From positions 179,368,001-179,432,000 of the forward strand of contig NC_086097.1 of assembly GCF_963921235.1 (NCBI RefSeq): DNA of 64,000 nucleotides, written 5' to 3'. The position numbers were made by a program, and so were the translations under genes. The notes below the pieces were generated by a model. It saw only the letters and a program-made list of their open reading frames with translations, was not told the DNA's origin and did no database searches. This DNA comes from Mobula hypostoma (Eukaryota). This document shows positions 12,588 through 25,477 of the stretch, in pieces. The number at the start of each line of letters is the position of its first letter. The first letter of the stretch is position 1.

Positions 12588-13545
12588 CAAAGTTCAGTTC
12601 ATCTATTATCAAAATTAGTATACTATATACAACCTTAAGATTTGTCTCCTTACAGGCAGCCACAGTTCAAAGAAGCCCAATGGAACCTATTTTTTAAAAA
12701 AAAAGACTGTCTAGTATTCAATGTTCTGGAAAACAAACGGTGCAAACACTAAAAGTAAGCAAATAATATTCAGAACTGAAGTTCACGAAAGTGTTTCACA
12801 GCCACAAAACCAGTCATCACTGCAGCTGATCCAGGAGCCCGTTAATTCCAGGCCACAGCCTCAGTGTAGGTCAGAGACGAGTAAACCGTGTGGAGCAGTG
12901 AGCTGAACACTGGCCCCTCCCTCTCCGCCAGCCCTGACACCCTGACCTTTTCAGTCTGGTATGGCAAACCTCAGGTCATTCCTTGTTCTTGGACCCAGGC
13001 TCAGGCACCTCGACTCAGCCTCACCTCGCCTCGGTTCTGCTGATCGAATCACCTCAGCATGTGCTCCAGCAAAGGCTCGTTCCCCTCTCTCAGGCACAGG
13101 CACCTCGACTTGGCCTCACCTTGCCTCGACTCGGAATCACCTTAGCATTCGCTCCAGCAAAGGCTCGTTCCCCTCTATCGGGCCCAGGCCCAGGCACAGG
13201 CACCTTGACTTGGCCTCACCTTGCCTCGACTCGGAATCACCTCAGCATTCGCTCCAGCAAAGGCTCGTTCCCCTCTATCGGGCCCAGGCCCCAGCCCAGG
13301 CCTCACCACCTCGATTCTGCCCATACCCATCAGCTGCAACCATTCTGAGCCTTTGAGACTTCGGTTCACACTACAAAAATGCCAGGTCGCACAGGTGGTT
13401 CAAAAGCTCAGCTCTGAAACGGAAGTTGTAGGCTATTGATTGCAGTGATTGTATCCGAGAAAGAGTATTTAATACAGTAATTTATAGTTTTGTTTGACAC
13501 CAGTAAGTCGTAGCTGTGCTTTACCAGCTTTAGCTTAACTGGAGT
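12588..13545 (-). mobile_element. ORF-less non-autonomous retroelement with internal ~88-100 bp tandem repeat (~12995-13310)
   Basis: Starts caaagttcagttc...tatacaaccttaagattt (shared 3' terminus); ccagcaaaggctcgttcccctct recurs at 13066, 13154 and 13254. Confidence 0.55.
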
Positions 13546-14269
13546 GACACTAATGCAATTGTGTCATGGCCATCATACTGACAGTCTTTTAGTTCAGATT
13601 GATTTAATGAATCAAGTTCTATAGAGCACAGGTTCAAGGTGAGAGTGTAGAGATTTAACAGGAACCTGAGAGCAGACGGAAAATAGAATGAACTACCAGA
13701 GGAAATGGTACATTAACAACATTTAGAAGTTAATTCCACAGGTACATGGATGGGAAAGATTTAGAGGGATACGGGCCATACATGTTCATGTGGGAGTAAC
13801 TTTAAGGCATCGTGGCTGGTGCAGATGACTTGGGCTGAAGGACCTATTTCTGTTTTTTCTGAGTCTATGACTCTAGACATTATCAGTCTTTCATTTCGTT
13901 TCACTCTGCTATTACCTCACTGAGGGTTTCTCTGCACCCTTTCTCTTATATACTTCCTGGTTTCTGTAGATTATTGTTTTGTTTCGAGCTATTCACTTGT
14001 ATACATAGCACATCTTTGGCCTCACCATTGCTAGGATCTCCTACTTCAAAGTACTAACGATAATTATGTATGCAGTGGTGGCGGATGTGACCCATGTTCT
14101 CATTGCTTCCTCGATTGTGTACTGTATTTCTTGAGCTATTTACTGAAAGGTTTCACAATTGTTCCTATACAACGTGCTGATAGTTTGTCAACCCAAGTTC
14201 AATGGATCATTTCCTGTTCAATGATATCTTCTGTTTTACTCTTCCACCACATACTCATCCTCAAATCCG

Positions 14270-14845
14270 ATGAGAGTACGCAAACATAAGAGCAAGATGT
14301 ATTGCTGAGGCTTTATAGGGCATTAGTTAAACCACATTTGGAATTTTGGGCTGTGCATCTAAGGAAAAATGTGCTGGTCTCAGAGAGGGTCCAGAGGAGG
14401 GTTAAAAGAATGATCCCGGGAATGAAAGGGTTAATTATAAGGAGTATTTGTTATCTTTGGACCTGTACTCAGTAGAATTCAGGAGCGGGGTGGGACCTAC
14501 TGGACACTAAGAGGCCTGGATAGAATTGACATAGAGAGAATGTTTCCAGTAGTGGCAGAGTCTATGATCTGCGGGCTTGGGCTCAGAATAAAGGGACTTT
14601 CGTTTTGAACTGAGATGAGGAATTTCCTCACCAAGAGGGTGGTGAATCTGGAATTTGTTGCCTGTGAGAACGAAGCCATTGGGTGTACTTAAGGCAGAAA
14701 TTGATAGGTGTTGATTGGTAAGGGGTTTAAAGGCTGTGGGGAGTAGGCAGGAGAATGGGGTTTCAAAATCACATGGGATTGAATGGCAGAGCTGACACAA
14801 TGGGCTTAACAGCTGAATATACTGCTGTACTTTGTTCTCGTATGG
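14270..14845 (+). mobile_element. CR1 LINE 3' fragment
   Basis: gagggtccagaggagg...gagggtggtgaatctggaat motifs; resembles the subfamily at 11861-12375. Confidence 0.7.
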
Positions 14846-14955
14846 AATCTCATCACTCTATTTATCTATCATGTGGAATATCTGCTGCGAGGCACCCCCA
14901 TTTTATGCAGTTTTGTTCATTTGTGTTCTGTTTGGAATGACCTTCTGCTCCAATC

Positions 14956-15736
14956 TCAAAGTTCAAAGGTTCAATTTAATGCCAGAGAAATGTATACAAT
15001 ATACATCCTGAAATGCTTTTTCATCGCAAAACATTTGACGAAAACAGAGAAGTGCCCCAAAGCATGAATGACAGTTAAACGTGAGAACCCCAAAGTTCCC
15101 CCCAGCTCCCCCCTCCCGCGTGTAAGCGGTAACAAGCAACGATCCCCCTCCCCCAGCAAAAAAAAGCGCGAACCTGCTACCGAACACAAGCGTGACACAG
15201 ACACAAATAGAACACGATAGCAAAGACACAGACCTTGCAGTTACCCCAAAGACTATCGCATTTCATCTGGCATTCAACAAACCACAGGTTCTCTCTCTCT
15301 CTCTAGTAAGGGAGAGGGAGGTGTCCCCCATTTTCACAGCAAGCGGGAGTCATAACAACCACCCACCGGTTTACGATCTTAAAAAGTCCATTTCGTCACT
15401 CTTTATGAGCTCTGTGCCTGAAGATCGCAAAGATTTTCCGGCCTCCCCAACGACACATGGGTCTCCTCCTGTGACTCCAACCCTCAATCCTCTCGTCTCC
15501 AGAGCCCTGAGATCTTAGGCGTTTGAATTTGAGCTGGACTCTCAGACCGAACCCTTGGCGTGCCGAACAACAACGGCTGGTCCTGGAACCCCGAGAATGG
15601 GTCCCATTCCAGCAGAGAACCGGAGTATGCGTGTAACTCCAGGTCAGGGTCTTCAAAAGAACCCTGGAAGGGAAAAATAAAGATATTAAAAACAGAAATA
15701 GAGCTGTTTCTGAAGATGCAAGCAAAGGAGTTGCCT
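14956..15736 (-). mobile_element. ORF-less non-autonomous retroelement (~780 bp)
   Basis: caaagttcaaaggttcaatttaat...atatacatcctgaaat terminus like neighbouring elements; CpG-rich body without credible ORF. Confidence 0.55.
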
Positions 15737-15881
15737 TAACTCTGACTCCAACTTTCAAAGTAAATTTACTTTGAAAGTACATATATGTTACTTTATACTA
15801 TCTTGAGCTTCCTTACTTTGAGAAACCTTGATGTTTGGAGTAATTTACAGATCCCACTGTTGGAAACGTGGTCCAGAAATA

Positions 15882-16693
15882 TTCAAAGTGCATTTGTCAT
15901 CAAAGAACATATAAATTATACAACCTTGAGATTTGTTTGTTCACAGGTAGCCACAAAGCAAGAAACCCATAAGAACCCAATTAAAAAAAGAATAAAAATT
16001 AAAGACCAGCACCTGATACAGAAGAGGGAAAAAAACCCAAATCATACAAACAATTGAAGTGAACAGAACCGAAAATTGAGCCCTCAGATCCAAATCCCAG
16101 AGCAGCCCAAGAAGGACAAAGCCTCACGTAGCAGATGGGACAGTCTTCATAGCCTCAGCACCCTGGGGAGAGAGAGGTGACCGTCTCGGAGAACGAGCGA
16201 AATCAGCTCTCACCCCGGATCCCAGCACCTTGTCTTCTCAGGCTGTGGGCCAGTGTTTAAACGGTGTATCATACCTCGTACTAGAACCTGGCACTGCTAC
16301 AGGGAAAGGCTCTGGGTCTAGACCATGCTGCCCAGTGACTCACTCCCGACCCAGATTTCACCGCCGACCCAAAGCCGCTCTCAAGCTCTTCAAATCAGCT
16401 TGGCGCCCAGAGTGATCCAACCTTGCACCTGGGCCTGTTGTACAGGCACCGAATCTCCTCTGCCTGGGGTCTGGCTTCTCCTTCCTGTGCCCAGAGCGAT
16501 CCAACTTTGCACCTGGGCCGATTGGAAGTCCATCTGCAACTTACCATCTCAGCACATCCCCCCCAAGCTCACCTCACCATTGCTCGCCCTTCACTGTTTG
16601 CGGCAATAATTTAACACAATTTACTTTGGATTTCTTGACTTCTTGACTACCAGAAAGCTGTCACACTCGTTCAGTGGTACCATCTTAACCAGA
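15882..16693 (-). mobile_element. ORF-less non-autonomous retroelement (~810 bp)
   Basis: ttcaaagtgcatttgtcatcaaag...tatacaaccttgagatttg terminus closely similar to 12588; other end ccatcttaacc. Confidence 0.55.
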
Positions 16694-16716
16694 AAAATAT
16701 CTGGGTATTTTTGAGT

Positions 16717-17397
16717 AACACACAAAAAATGCTGGTGAATGCAGCAGGCCAGGCAGCATCTCTAGAAAGAGGTACAGTCGACGTTTCAGACCGAGACCCT
16801 TCGTCAGGACTAACTGAAGGAAGAGCTAGTAAGAGATTTGAAAGTGGGAGGGGGAGGGGGAGATCCAAAATGATAGGAGAAGATAGGAGGGGGAGGGATG
16901 GAGCCGAGAGCTGGACAGGTGATAGGCAAAAGGGATACAAGGCTGGAGAAGGGAGAGGATCATGGGACGGGAGGAGAGGAGCACCAGAGGAAGATGGAGA
17001 GTGGGCAAGGAGTTATAGTGAGAGGGACAGAGGGAGAAAAAAGAGAGAGTGGGGGGGGGGGAATAAATAATAAATAAATAAATAAATAAATAAGGGATGG
17101 GGTACGAGGGGGAGATGGGGCATTAACGGAAGTTAGAGAAGTTAATGTTCATGCCATCAGGTTGGAGGCTACCCAGACGGAATATAAGGTGTTGTTCCTC
17201 CAACCTGAGTGTGGCTTCATCTTGGCAGTAGAGGAGGCCGTAGATAAACATATCGGAATGGGAATGGGACTTGGAATTAAAATGTGTGGCCTCTGGGAGA
17301 CCCTGCTTTCTCTGGTAGGTGTACAGCGAAATGGTCTCCCAGTCTGCGTCGGGTCTCGCCAATATATAGAAGGCCGCACCGGGAGCACGGGACGCAG
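16717..17397 (-). mobile_element. 5'-truncated Penelope-like element with 9-bp TSD
   Basis: TSD tttttgagt at 16708-16716 and 17398-17406; GIY-YIG C-terminus (ATHFNS...RLEEQHLIFRLGSLQPDGMNI); hammerhead 16776-16811; (taaa)n at ~17063-17093. Confidence 0.9.
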
Positions 17398-17437
17398 TTT
17401 TTGAGTTTGCAAGCGGTAGGTCATACGTGGAACAACC

Positions 17438-19026
17438 CAGAATCAGAATCAGGTTTATTAACACTGGCATGAGACGTGAAATTTGTTAACTTAGTAGCAG
17501 CAGTTCAATGCAATACATAATATAGAAGAAAAGAAACAAAATAAAATAATAATAAATAAATTAATTAGTTACAGTATACGTATATTGAATAGATTAAAAA
17601 TCGTGCAAAAAACAGAAATACTGTATATTAAAAAAAGTGAGGTAGTGTCCAAGGCTTCAATGTCCACTTAGGAATCGGATGGCAGAGGGGAAGAAGCTGT
17701 TCCTGAATCGCTGAGTGTGTGTCTTCAGGCTTCTGTATCTCCTACCTGATGGTAACAGTGAGAAAAGGGCATGTCCTGGGTGCTGGAGGTCCTTAATAAT
17801 GGACACTGCCTTTCTGAGACACCACTCCATAAAGATGTCCTGGCTACTTTGTAGGTTAGTGCCCAAGATGGAGCTGACTAGATTTACAACCTTCTGCAGC
17901 TTCTTTCTGTCCTGTGTAGTAACCCCTCCATACCAGACAGTGATGCAGCCTGTCAGAATGCTCTCCACAGTACAACTATAGAAGTTTTTGAGTGTATTTG
18001 TTGACATGCCAAATCTCTTCAAACTCCTAATAAAATATAGCCATCGTCTTGCCTTCTTTATAACTGCATTGATATGTTGGGACCAGGTTAGATCCTCAGA
18101 GATCTTGACACCCAGGAACTTGAAACTGCTCACTCTCTCCACTTCTGATCCCTCTATGAGGATTGATTCACATTCCCTTGTCTTACCCTTCCTAGAATCT
18201 ACAATCAGCTCTTTCATCTTACTGACATTGAGTGCCAGGTTGTTGCTGCGACACCACTCCACTAGTTGGCATATCTCACTCCTGTACACCCTCTCATCAC
18301 CACCTGAGATTCTACCAACTATGGTTGTATTGTTAGCAAATTTGTAGATGGTATTTGAGCTATGCCTAGCCACACAGTCATGTGTATATAGAGAGTAGAG
18401 CAGTGGGCTAAGCACACACCCCTGAGGTGCACCAGTGTTGATCGTCAGCGAGGAGGATGTGTTATCACCAATCCCCACAGATTGTGGACTTCCGGTTAGG
18501 AAGTTGAGGATCCAATTGCAGAAGGAGGGACAGAGGGCCAGGTTCTGCAACTTCTCAGTTAGTATTGTGGGAATGATGGTATTAAATGCTGAGCTATAGT
18601 CGATGAATAGTGTCTTGACATAGGAGTTTGTGTTGTTCATGTGGTCTAAAACCATATGAAGAGCCATTGAGATTGCATCTTCCGTTGAACTATTGTGGCG
18701 ATAAGCAAATTGCAATGGGTCCTGGTCCCTGCTGAGGCAGGAGTTCAGTCTAGTCATGACCAACCTCTCAAAGAATTTCGTCACTGGAGATGTGAGAGCT
18801 ACTGGGCGATAGTCATTAAGGCAGTTCACATTATTCTTAGGCACTGGTATAACTGTTGCCTTTTTGAAGCAAGTGGGAACTTCCGCCCATAGCAGTGAGA
18901 AGTTGAAAATGTCCTTCAGTACTCCTACCAGTTGGTTGACGCAGGTTTTCAGACGCTCACCAAGTACTCCATCTGGACCTTCTGCCTTGCTCTCTTTAAA
19001 GACAGCCTAACATCGGCCTCTGAGAC
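17438..19026 (-). mobile_element. 5'-truncated Rex1/Babar LINE with 395-aa RT ORF (17657-18844)
   Basis: LNDYRPVALTS, DPLQFAYR, LFIDYSSAFNTI, GAPQGCVLSPLLYSLYTHDC; catalytic FADD reads FANN; (tctgat)n tail. Confidence 0.9.
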
Positions 19027-19404
19027 AAATACTTCCCTCTTGTAGGGCACAATGGAGATCAGTTTTAGACCATGAGACATAGGAACAGAATTAGGCTATT
19101 CAGCCCATTGAGTCTGCTCCACTATTCCATCATGGCTGATTTATTATCTCTCTCAACCATATTGCCTTGCCTTCCTGTAACTTTTGATGCCCTGACTAAT
19201 CAAGAAACAATCAATGGATCATGAAAAAAATGGCCCAAAGAAGAAATGGCACTGAATTAGAATCAAATTAGAATTGGAATCGTGTTTGTAAAGACAGAGC
19301 AGTACTGCGAGCTTTTGGCACATTGGCCTTCATAAATCAGGGCACTGAGTACAGGAGTTGGGATGTCATGTTGAAGTTATATAAGATACTGGTTTAAGAT
19401 CGGC

Positions 19405-19685
19405 TTTATCTATCACCTGTAAATGAAAACATGCAGTGAAATGCATTATTGACCAACACAGTGTAAGAATGTGCTGGGGGCATCTGGCAAGGGTTGTAAT
19501 GCTTACAGCACAAACATAGCACATCCGTGACTTAGTGACCTTAACCTGTACATCTTTGGGGTATGGGATGAGACCGGAGCATTCGGAGAACGGGTAATCC
19601 TCTTCCAGATAGGGGTGGGAATTGAACCGGCGTCACAGGCACTGTAAAGCGTGACGTTGACTGCTACGCTATCATGCCACTCCCG
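19405..19685 (-). mobile_element. tRNA-derived SINE, degenerate
   Basis: Minus-strand ggttcaattcc B box; similar to 26015-26300 and 48265-48545. Confidence 0.5.
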
Positions 19686-20532
19686 ACTATTCTGTTCCGT
19701 TCTGATCCCCAATCTTTAGGAAAGATGTCAGAAGCTTTAAAGAGTGTAAAGCAAACTTATGGAATGGTCTGGACCCCATCACAGTCGATCACGTCTCTGG
19801 GAAGTTCTTCAGCCTTGGTTCGGTTGAGCTGATAGGGTGTCGTTCCACTCCTTGTTTGGCAACTTGCAACCTCATGGAGCAATTTCCTCTGAGGTAACAG
19901 TGCAAGCAAAAAATATCCCAGTAATGCAGTAACTACTGGCTTCCCTTGCTCACCAGACCAAGTGCCCAAATAATCTGTTTCTGGATCACAAAGACACATT
20001 GTCACTGTGTATGTTTCCAGGGGTTTCGGATCTTTCCCCTCAATCTTACCAGTCTACACCTTCCACAACGTCCGGGCCCCTCATTGGCCTCTTCCGCCAG
20101 GGCAGTATTTCTCAAGCAATGGCACTGTCACAGTATTGTGAAACGCAGCAGTCGTCTCCCACCACAGCAATCTGATCATAACCCAGCAATCCTTCCTAGA
20201 GCACTAGAGATTCTGTAGATGCTGCTAATCTTGAACAACATACACGAAGTTCTGAAGAAACTTGGGAAGTCAGGCAGCACCTATGGTGGGGAATGAACAG
20301 TGGACATTTTGGGACAATATCATTTATCAGGACTGGAAAGGAAAGGGACATGAGGTGAGGAGAGGGGAGAAGTACATACTGGCAGGTGATAGGTTGAAGA
20401 GTTGTAGAGCAGAGAGCGATCACAAGGGGGCGCAGTGAGAGAGGGTCTCACTGAATTCCTCTTGAAGGTAAGATTTAAACTTCTTCGGGGTAGGCATCCC
20501 TCGAAGAGACTTCGCAGTGGGGCAGCAGATTG

Positions 20533-20823
20533 TAAACACGAGATTCTACAATGCTGGAAACCTTGAGCAACACACATAAAACGCTGGAGGAACTCAGCGG
20601 GTCAGATAGCAAATATGGAGGGGAATAAACAGTCGACATTTCGGCTAAAACCCTTCACCTGCTAGCTTGTACTCTTTCCCCTTACCCACTGCCTTACTCT
20701 GGCTTCTGACCTCTTCATTTACAGTCCTGATGAAGGGTCTCGGTCTGAAACATCTACAGTTTGTTCTTCTCCATCGATGCTGCCTGACTTGCTGAGTTCC
20801 TCCAGCACTGTGTGTGTTGCTCA
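20533..20823. mobile_element. Miniature Penelope derivative made of two inverted pLTR arms
   Basis: gagcaacacaca...gctggaggaactcagc (minus arm) and gctgagttcctccagcactgtgtgtgttgctc (plus arm); hammerhead-like core cagtcctgatgaagggtctcggtctgaaac at ~20721-20750. Confidence 0.7.
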
Positions 20824-21839
20824 GTCCTTGCCACAATTGTTGAGGGTTCAGTATTGTCCAGCACTTTGACAACCATGGATGTGGAGTTCATATGGGGAAA
20901 AAGGTGCTGAGACAGCAGCCGAGGTCAGGGCTGAACAAGGGTCACTGGAGCTGAGCCAGTGGCTCACATCCAGTGTGACACTCTGCTGCCCTCTGGAGGC
21001 GAAGGAGAAAGGTGCCTTTGCCTGCACTTTCTAATCAGTTGTTTTAAAGTGTCTCCGAAAAAGATAGCGTACTTACCATATATGTCAATTTATATAAATG
21101 TTCTCATAGTAGCAACAGTCTGCTCTTCCAATAATTTTTTTTCACTTTTTAAACTGAGGTAAACATTGGCTTTGGGCTTGGGGCTGAGGTGCTTTCCAAA
21201 ACCAATCTAAGTCTGTATGTGTAACCAGTAGAGAAGAAAGAGTGAGATCAGTTCATTGATAAATTTCAGGGAGTCATCGAATTATACAGTCCTTTGGCTC
21301 TCCATGTTCGTGCTGTGTTTGTCCATCCACACTAATCCAATTTGCCCAGGTGAGATCTGTAGCCTTCTGGGCTTTATCTTTGTAAGTGCTTATTTAAATA
21401 CCTATTAGACATCGTACAGAGAACTTGTCTACTAGTTCGCTTACCTCTCTATTAAAGGAATCTGGTCTTGTCAGTTACCTGCCCATCTATAACATGGGTA
21501 TGCAGGAAGTCACATTCTGTTTTAGAATTTTGCACTTATTGTGAATGTTTTAGTTTAAAACTTGTAGAATGGAACACCTAGTAATGGAAAGTGTTTCCTG
21601 GTAGTTTTCAGTTCTTTCAAAGCTCAGCTTTGTCAGGTACAGAATGGCCTTGCACCTTACTGTCTAGCTGCACTGCACTTCCTCTGTAACTTCAACACTT
21701 TATTCTGCATTCTGTTACTGCTTTCCCTCGTGTTATTTGAATGCACTGTTGCAATGAATTGACCTGTATGGACAGCGTGCAAAATGAAGGTTTCTCTGTA
21801 CCCTGGTACATGTGACAATAATAAACCAACTTACTGTTG

Positions 21840-23475
21840 CTTCACTACCAGATGAGCTCAATACCTTTTATGCTCACTTTGAAAACCACAGCTGTGAGGA
21901 TCCCTGCAGTATTCGATGACCCCGTGATCTCCGTCTCGGAGGCCAGTGTTAGGCTGTTTCTCAAGAGGGTGAACCCGCGCGAAGCAGAGGGGCCCAGTGG
22001 GGTACCTGCTAAGGCTCTGAAAGCATGTGCCCACCAACTGGTGGGAGTGTTCAAAGGCATTTTGAATCTCTCACTGCTACAGTCAGAAGTTCTTACCTGC
22101 TTCAAAAGGGCAACAGTTATGCCAGCATGTGCTGTCAAAACACTTACCATCCGGTAGCACACACATCAATGGTGAGGAATTGTTTTGAGAGGTTGGTCAC
22201 GGATGAAATCAACACCGGTCTCAGGAAGGACCTGGACCCACTGTAATTTGCCTGTCACCATAATAACTCCACAGCAGACATGACCTCACTGCTCTTGGAT
22301 CACCTGGACAATGCAAATACCTATGTCAGGATGCTGTTTATTGACTGCAGCTCAGCGTTTAACACCGTCATTCCTACAGTCCTGATCAAAAAGCTACAGA
22401 ACTCAGTCCTCTGTACCTCCCTCTGCAACTGGATCCTTGACTTCTTAACCCGAAGACCACAATCTGTGTGGATTGGAAATAACATCCCCACCTCGCTGAC
22501 AATCAACAGGGATGTGTGCTTAACCCTCTGCTCTACTGTCTCTAAACCCATGACTGTGTGGCCAAGCACAACTCAAATGCCATCTATAAATTTACTGATG
22601 ATACAAGTATTGTTGGCAGAGTTTCAGATGGTGATGAGAGGGTGTACTGGAGAGACATATGCCAGTCAGTTGAGTGGTGTTGCAGCAACAACCTGGTGTT
22701 CAACGTCAGCAAGCCCAAGGACTTCAGAAAGGGAACACAAACCAATCCTCGTAGACGGATCAGAAGTGGAGAGAGTGAACAATTTCAAGCTCCTGAGTGT
22801 CAATATCTCTGAGGAACCAACCTGGACACTGTATATCAATGCAGCTATAAAGAAGGCAAGACAGCGGCTATGTTTCATTCGGAGTTTGAGGAGATTTGAT
22901 TTAGTCATAGTCATACTTTATTGATCCCCGGGGAAATTTGTCAACTAAAGCACTCGAAAACCTCTACAAGTGTACCATGGAGAGCATTCTGACAGGCTGC
23001 GTCACCGTCTGATTTGGGGGGTGGGGCTACTGCACAAGATCAAAATTACAGAAAGTTGTAAAATTAGTCAGCTCCATCACGGGTACCAGACCTCCATAGT
23101 ATCTAAGACATCTTCAAGGAGTGGTGCCTTGAGAAGGCGGCGTCCATCATTAAGCATCCCCACCAGCCAGGACACGTCCTCTTCACGCTGTTACTGTCGG
23201 GACGGAGGTACAGCCCGAGGGCACACACTCAGTGATTCAGGAACAGCTTCTTCCCCTCTGCCATCCGATTGCTGGATGGACCCATGAACACTACCTCACT
23301 TTTAAAATTTATTTTTGCACTACTTATTTTAACTATTTAATAAATATATTTATATACATAATGTAACTTGTTTTTTTCTCTATATTTATTTATCATGTAT
23401 TTCATAGTACTGTTGCCATAAAGTTAACAAATTACACGACATATGCCTGTGATATTAAACCTGGTTCTGATTTTG
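21840..23475 (+). mobile_element. Frameshifted Rex1/Babar LINE
   Basis: ORF pieces [42 protein letters not shown]; homologous to 17438-19026; cctggttctgat tail. Confidence 0.85.
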
Positions 23476-23879
23476 ATAGGGCATTCTTTAATATTTGTTA
23501 AGTTGGTGAATTGTTTTAATACTGTCACATATATGATGTACAGTGAAAAGTTTGTCTTGCTTTGCAGATACAGATCAGATCATTACACAGATCAGAGCAT
23601 TCGAGTAGTGCAAAGTAAAACAATAACAGAGTGCAGAATGAGGTGTAACAACTACCGGGATAGTGCAGTGCAGGGAGACACTGTTCCGGCTTTCAGCTTG
23701 ATGCTTGAGAATAACTCCCACCAGGTTCAAGAACAGCTTCTATTCTGGACCCTTGTTAAGGACCTCATATACCAAAGGTGAAATTTCAATCTCTCAGCCT
23801 CCTCCATTGTGGCCCCTTGCACTTTCTTTGGAACTGTAACACTCTTTTCTGGACCATTTTCCTTTCATATTACCTCAGT

Positions 23880-23985
23880 GTACTTGTGTCTGGGATGATC
23901 TGTGTGTAGATCATTCGATCAGCTTGTGTCTGGGATGATCTGCGTGTAGATCATTCGATGTACTTGTGTATGAAATGATGTATAT
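23880..23985. repeat. 40-bp tandem duplication (~2.5 copies)
   Basis: cttgtgtctgggatgatctg(t/c)gtgtagatcattcgat twice, then a partial diverged copy. Confidence 0.8.
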
Positions 23986-25477
23986 GGAGAGCATGCAAAC
24001 AAAAGTTTTTCACTGTATCTTGGTACATGTGATAGTTATAAGTAAACAAAATAAAAACTCAGTTCTGTGAATTAACATTGTTCTGTTGAATGGGAACCAT
24101 CTCAGGTTAATGTACTGAGAGCTATATATTGACAAGTGTGGAATTTAACCAATTAAGTCAAATCACAAGGGGTTGACTCTTGGGAGTTAAATTTGTTTTT
24201 GTGTTGTAAGATTATCTTTGGCTTTGTGTTTGCATGTGTACTAAAATGGGTAATTGGTGTATGGTTGTCACGTGCTGACACACAGTGAAAAGCTTTTGTT
24301 TGGGAGCCATCCAGACAGATCATTGCGCACATCAGTACATTGAAACGGAATGTGGGATGAAGTGTTGCAGTTACAGAGAAGGTACAATGCAGGCAGGCAA
24401 ATAACATGCAAGGACCAAGACAAGGTAGGTTGCGAGATCAAACGTTTACTTTCTTGCATATGAGAGGTCGGTCCAAGGCCCTCTGAGATACTGAACCTGG
24501 TCTGATTATGGAGTTAAAAAAACAGGGGAAAAGCCCTTTGGCTCAGCTGCCCATGCTAACCAGGTTTCTTACATAAGTTAATCCACATTTCCTGCATTTG
24601 GCTCATGTCCCACTAAACTCTTCCTCTCCGTGTACCTGACGAAATGTTGTAATTTTATCCATTTCAGCCATTTCCTTTGGCAGCTTGTTTCCATATACCC
24701 AACACTTTCTGTGTGAAAAATAGTCGATCCTCAGATTTTTTAAGTCTTTCCCACCTCTCTTTTCCCTGGGAAAAAGAGCTGTGTATTAACCTTATCTATG
24801 CCCATCATGATTTTATACAACTCTATAAAATCATCCCTGTCTCCTATGCTCGAAGGGATAAAACCCTATGTGCTTATCCTCCCTAACACAGACCCTCGAT
24901 TCTTGGCAATAGTTTTGTCGACCTAGAACTTGCAGCATCAGCTGTTTCTCTCTCTCTGGAGGCTGCCTGACATGCAACTGCTTGTATTACACTTCCCCAG
25001 TGTCAGGAACATTATGCTGGTGCAGAATGAAGTGTTACAGTTGCAGAGAAAGTGCAGTGCAGCCAAACAATAAGGTGCAACAGCTACCGTGAGGTCAAAG
25101 GTTCATCTTTATTGGATGAGCGGTCCGTTGAAGGTCCGATGACAGCAGGACAGAAGCTGTTCTTGAGCCTGTTAGTACATGATATACTGAATGGCCTTCT
25201 CTAACTCTGCTGGCCTGATGGGAACCGCATCACTGCTCGTCTGGCCATTGGTAAAGCCACGCTTGGAGTAGTGTGCACAGTTTTGGTCACGTTGTTATAC
25301 AAAAGACATTGTCAAGCTGGAGAGCGGGCAGAGGAAATTCATTAGGGTGCTGCCTGGACCAGAGGGCCTGAGTTTTAGGTAGATACTGGCCTCACTGGAT
25401 CTTTATTCCTTGGAGCGTAGAAGAATGAGTGGTGACCTCATTGAAGTTTATAAAATCATGAGAGGTATCATCAGGCA

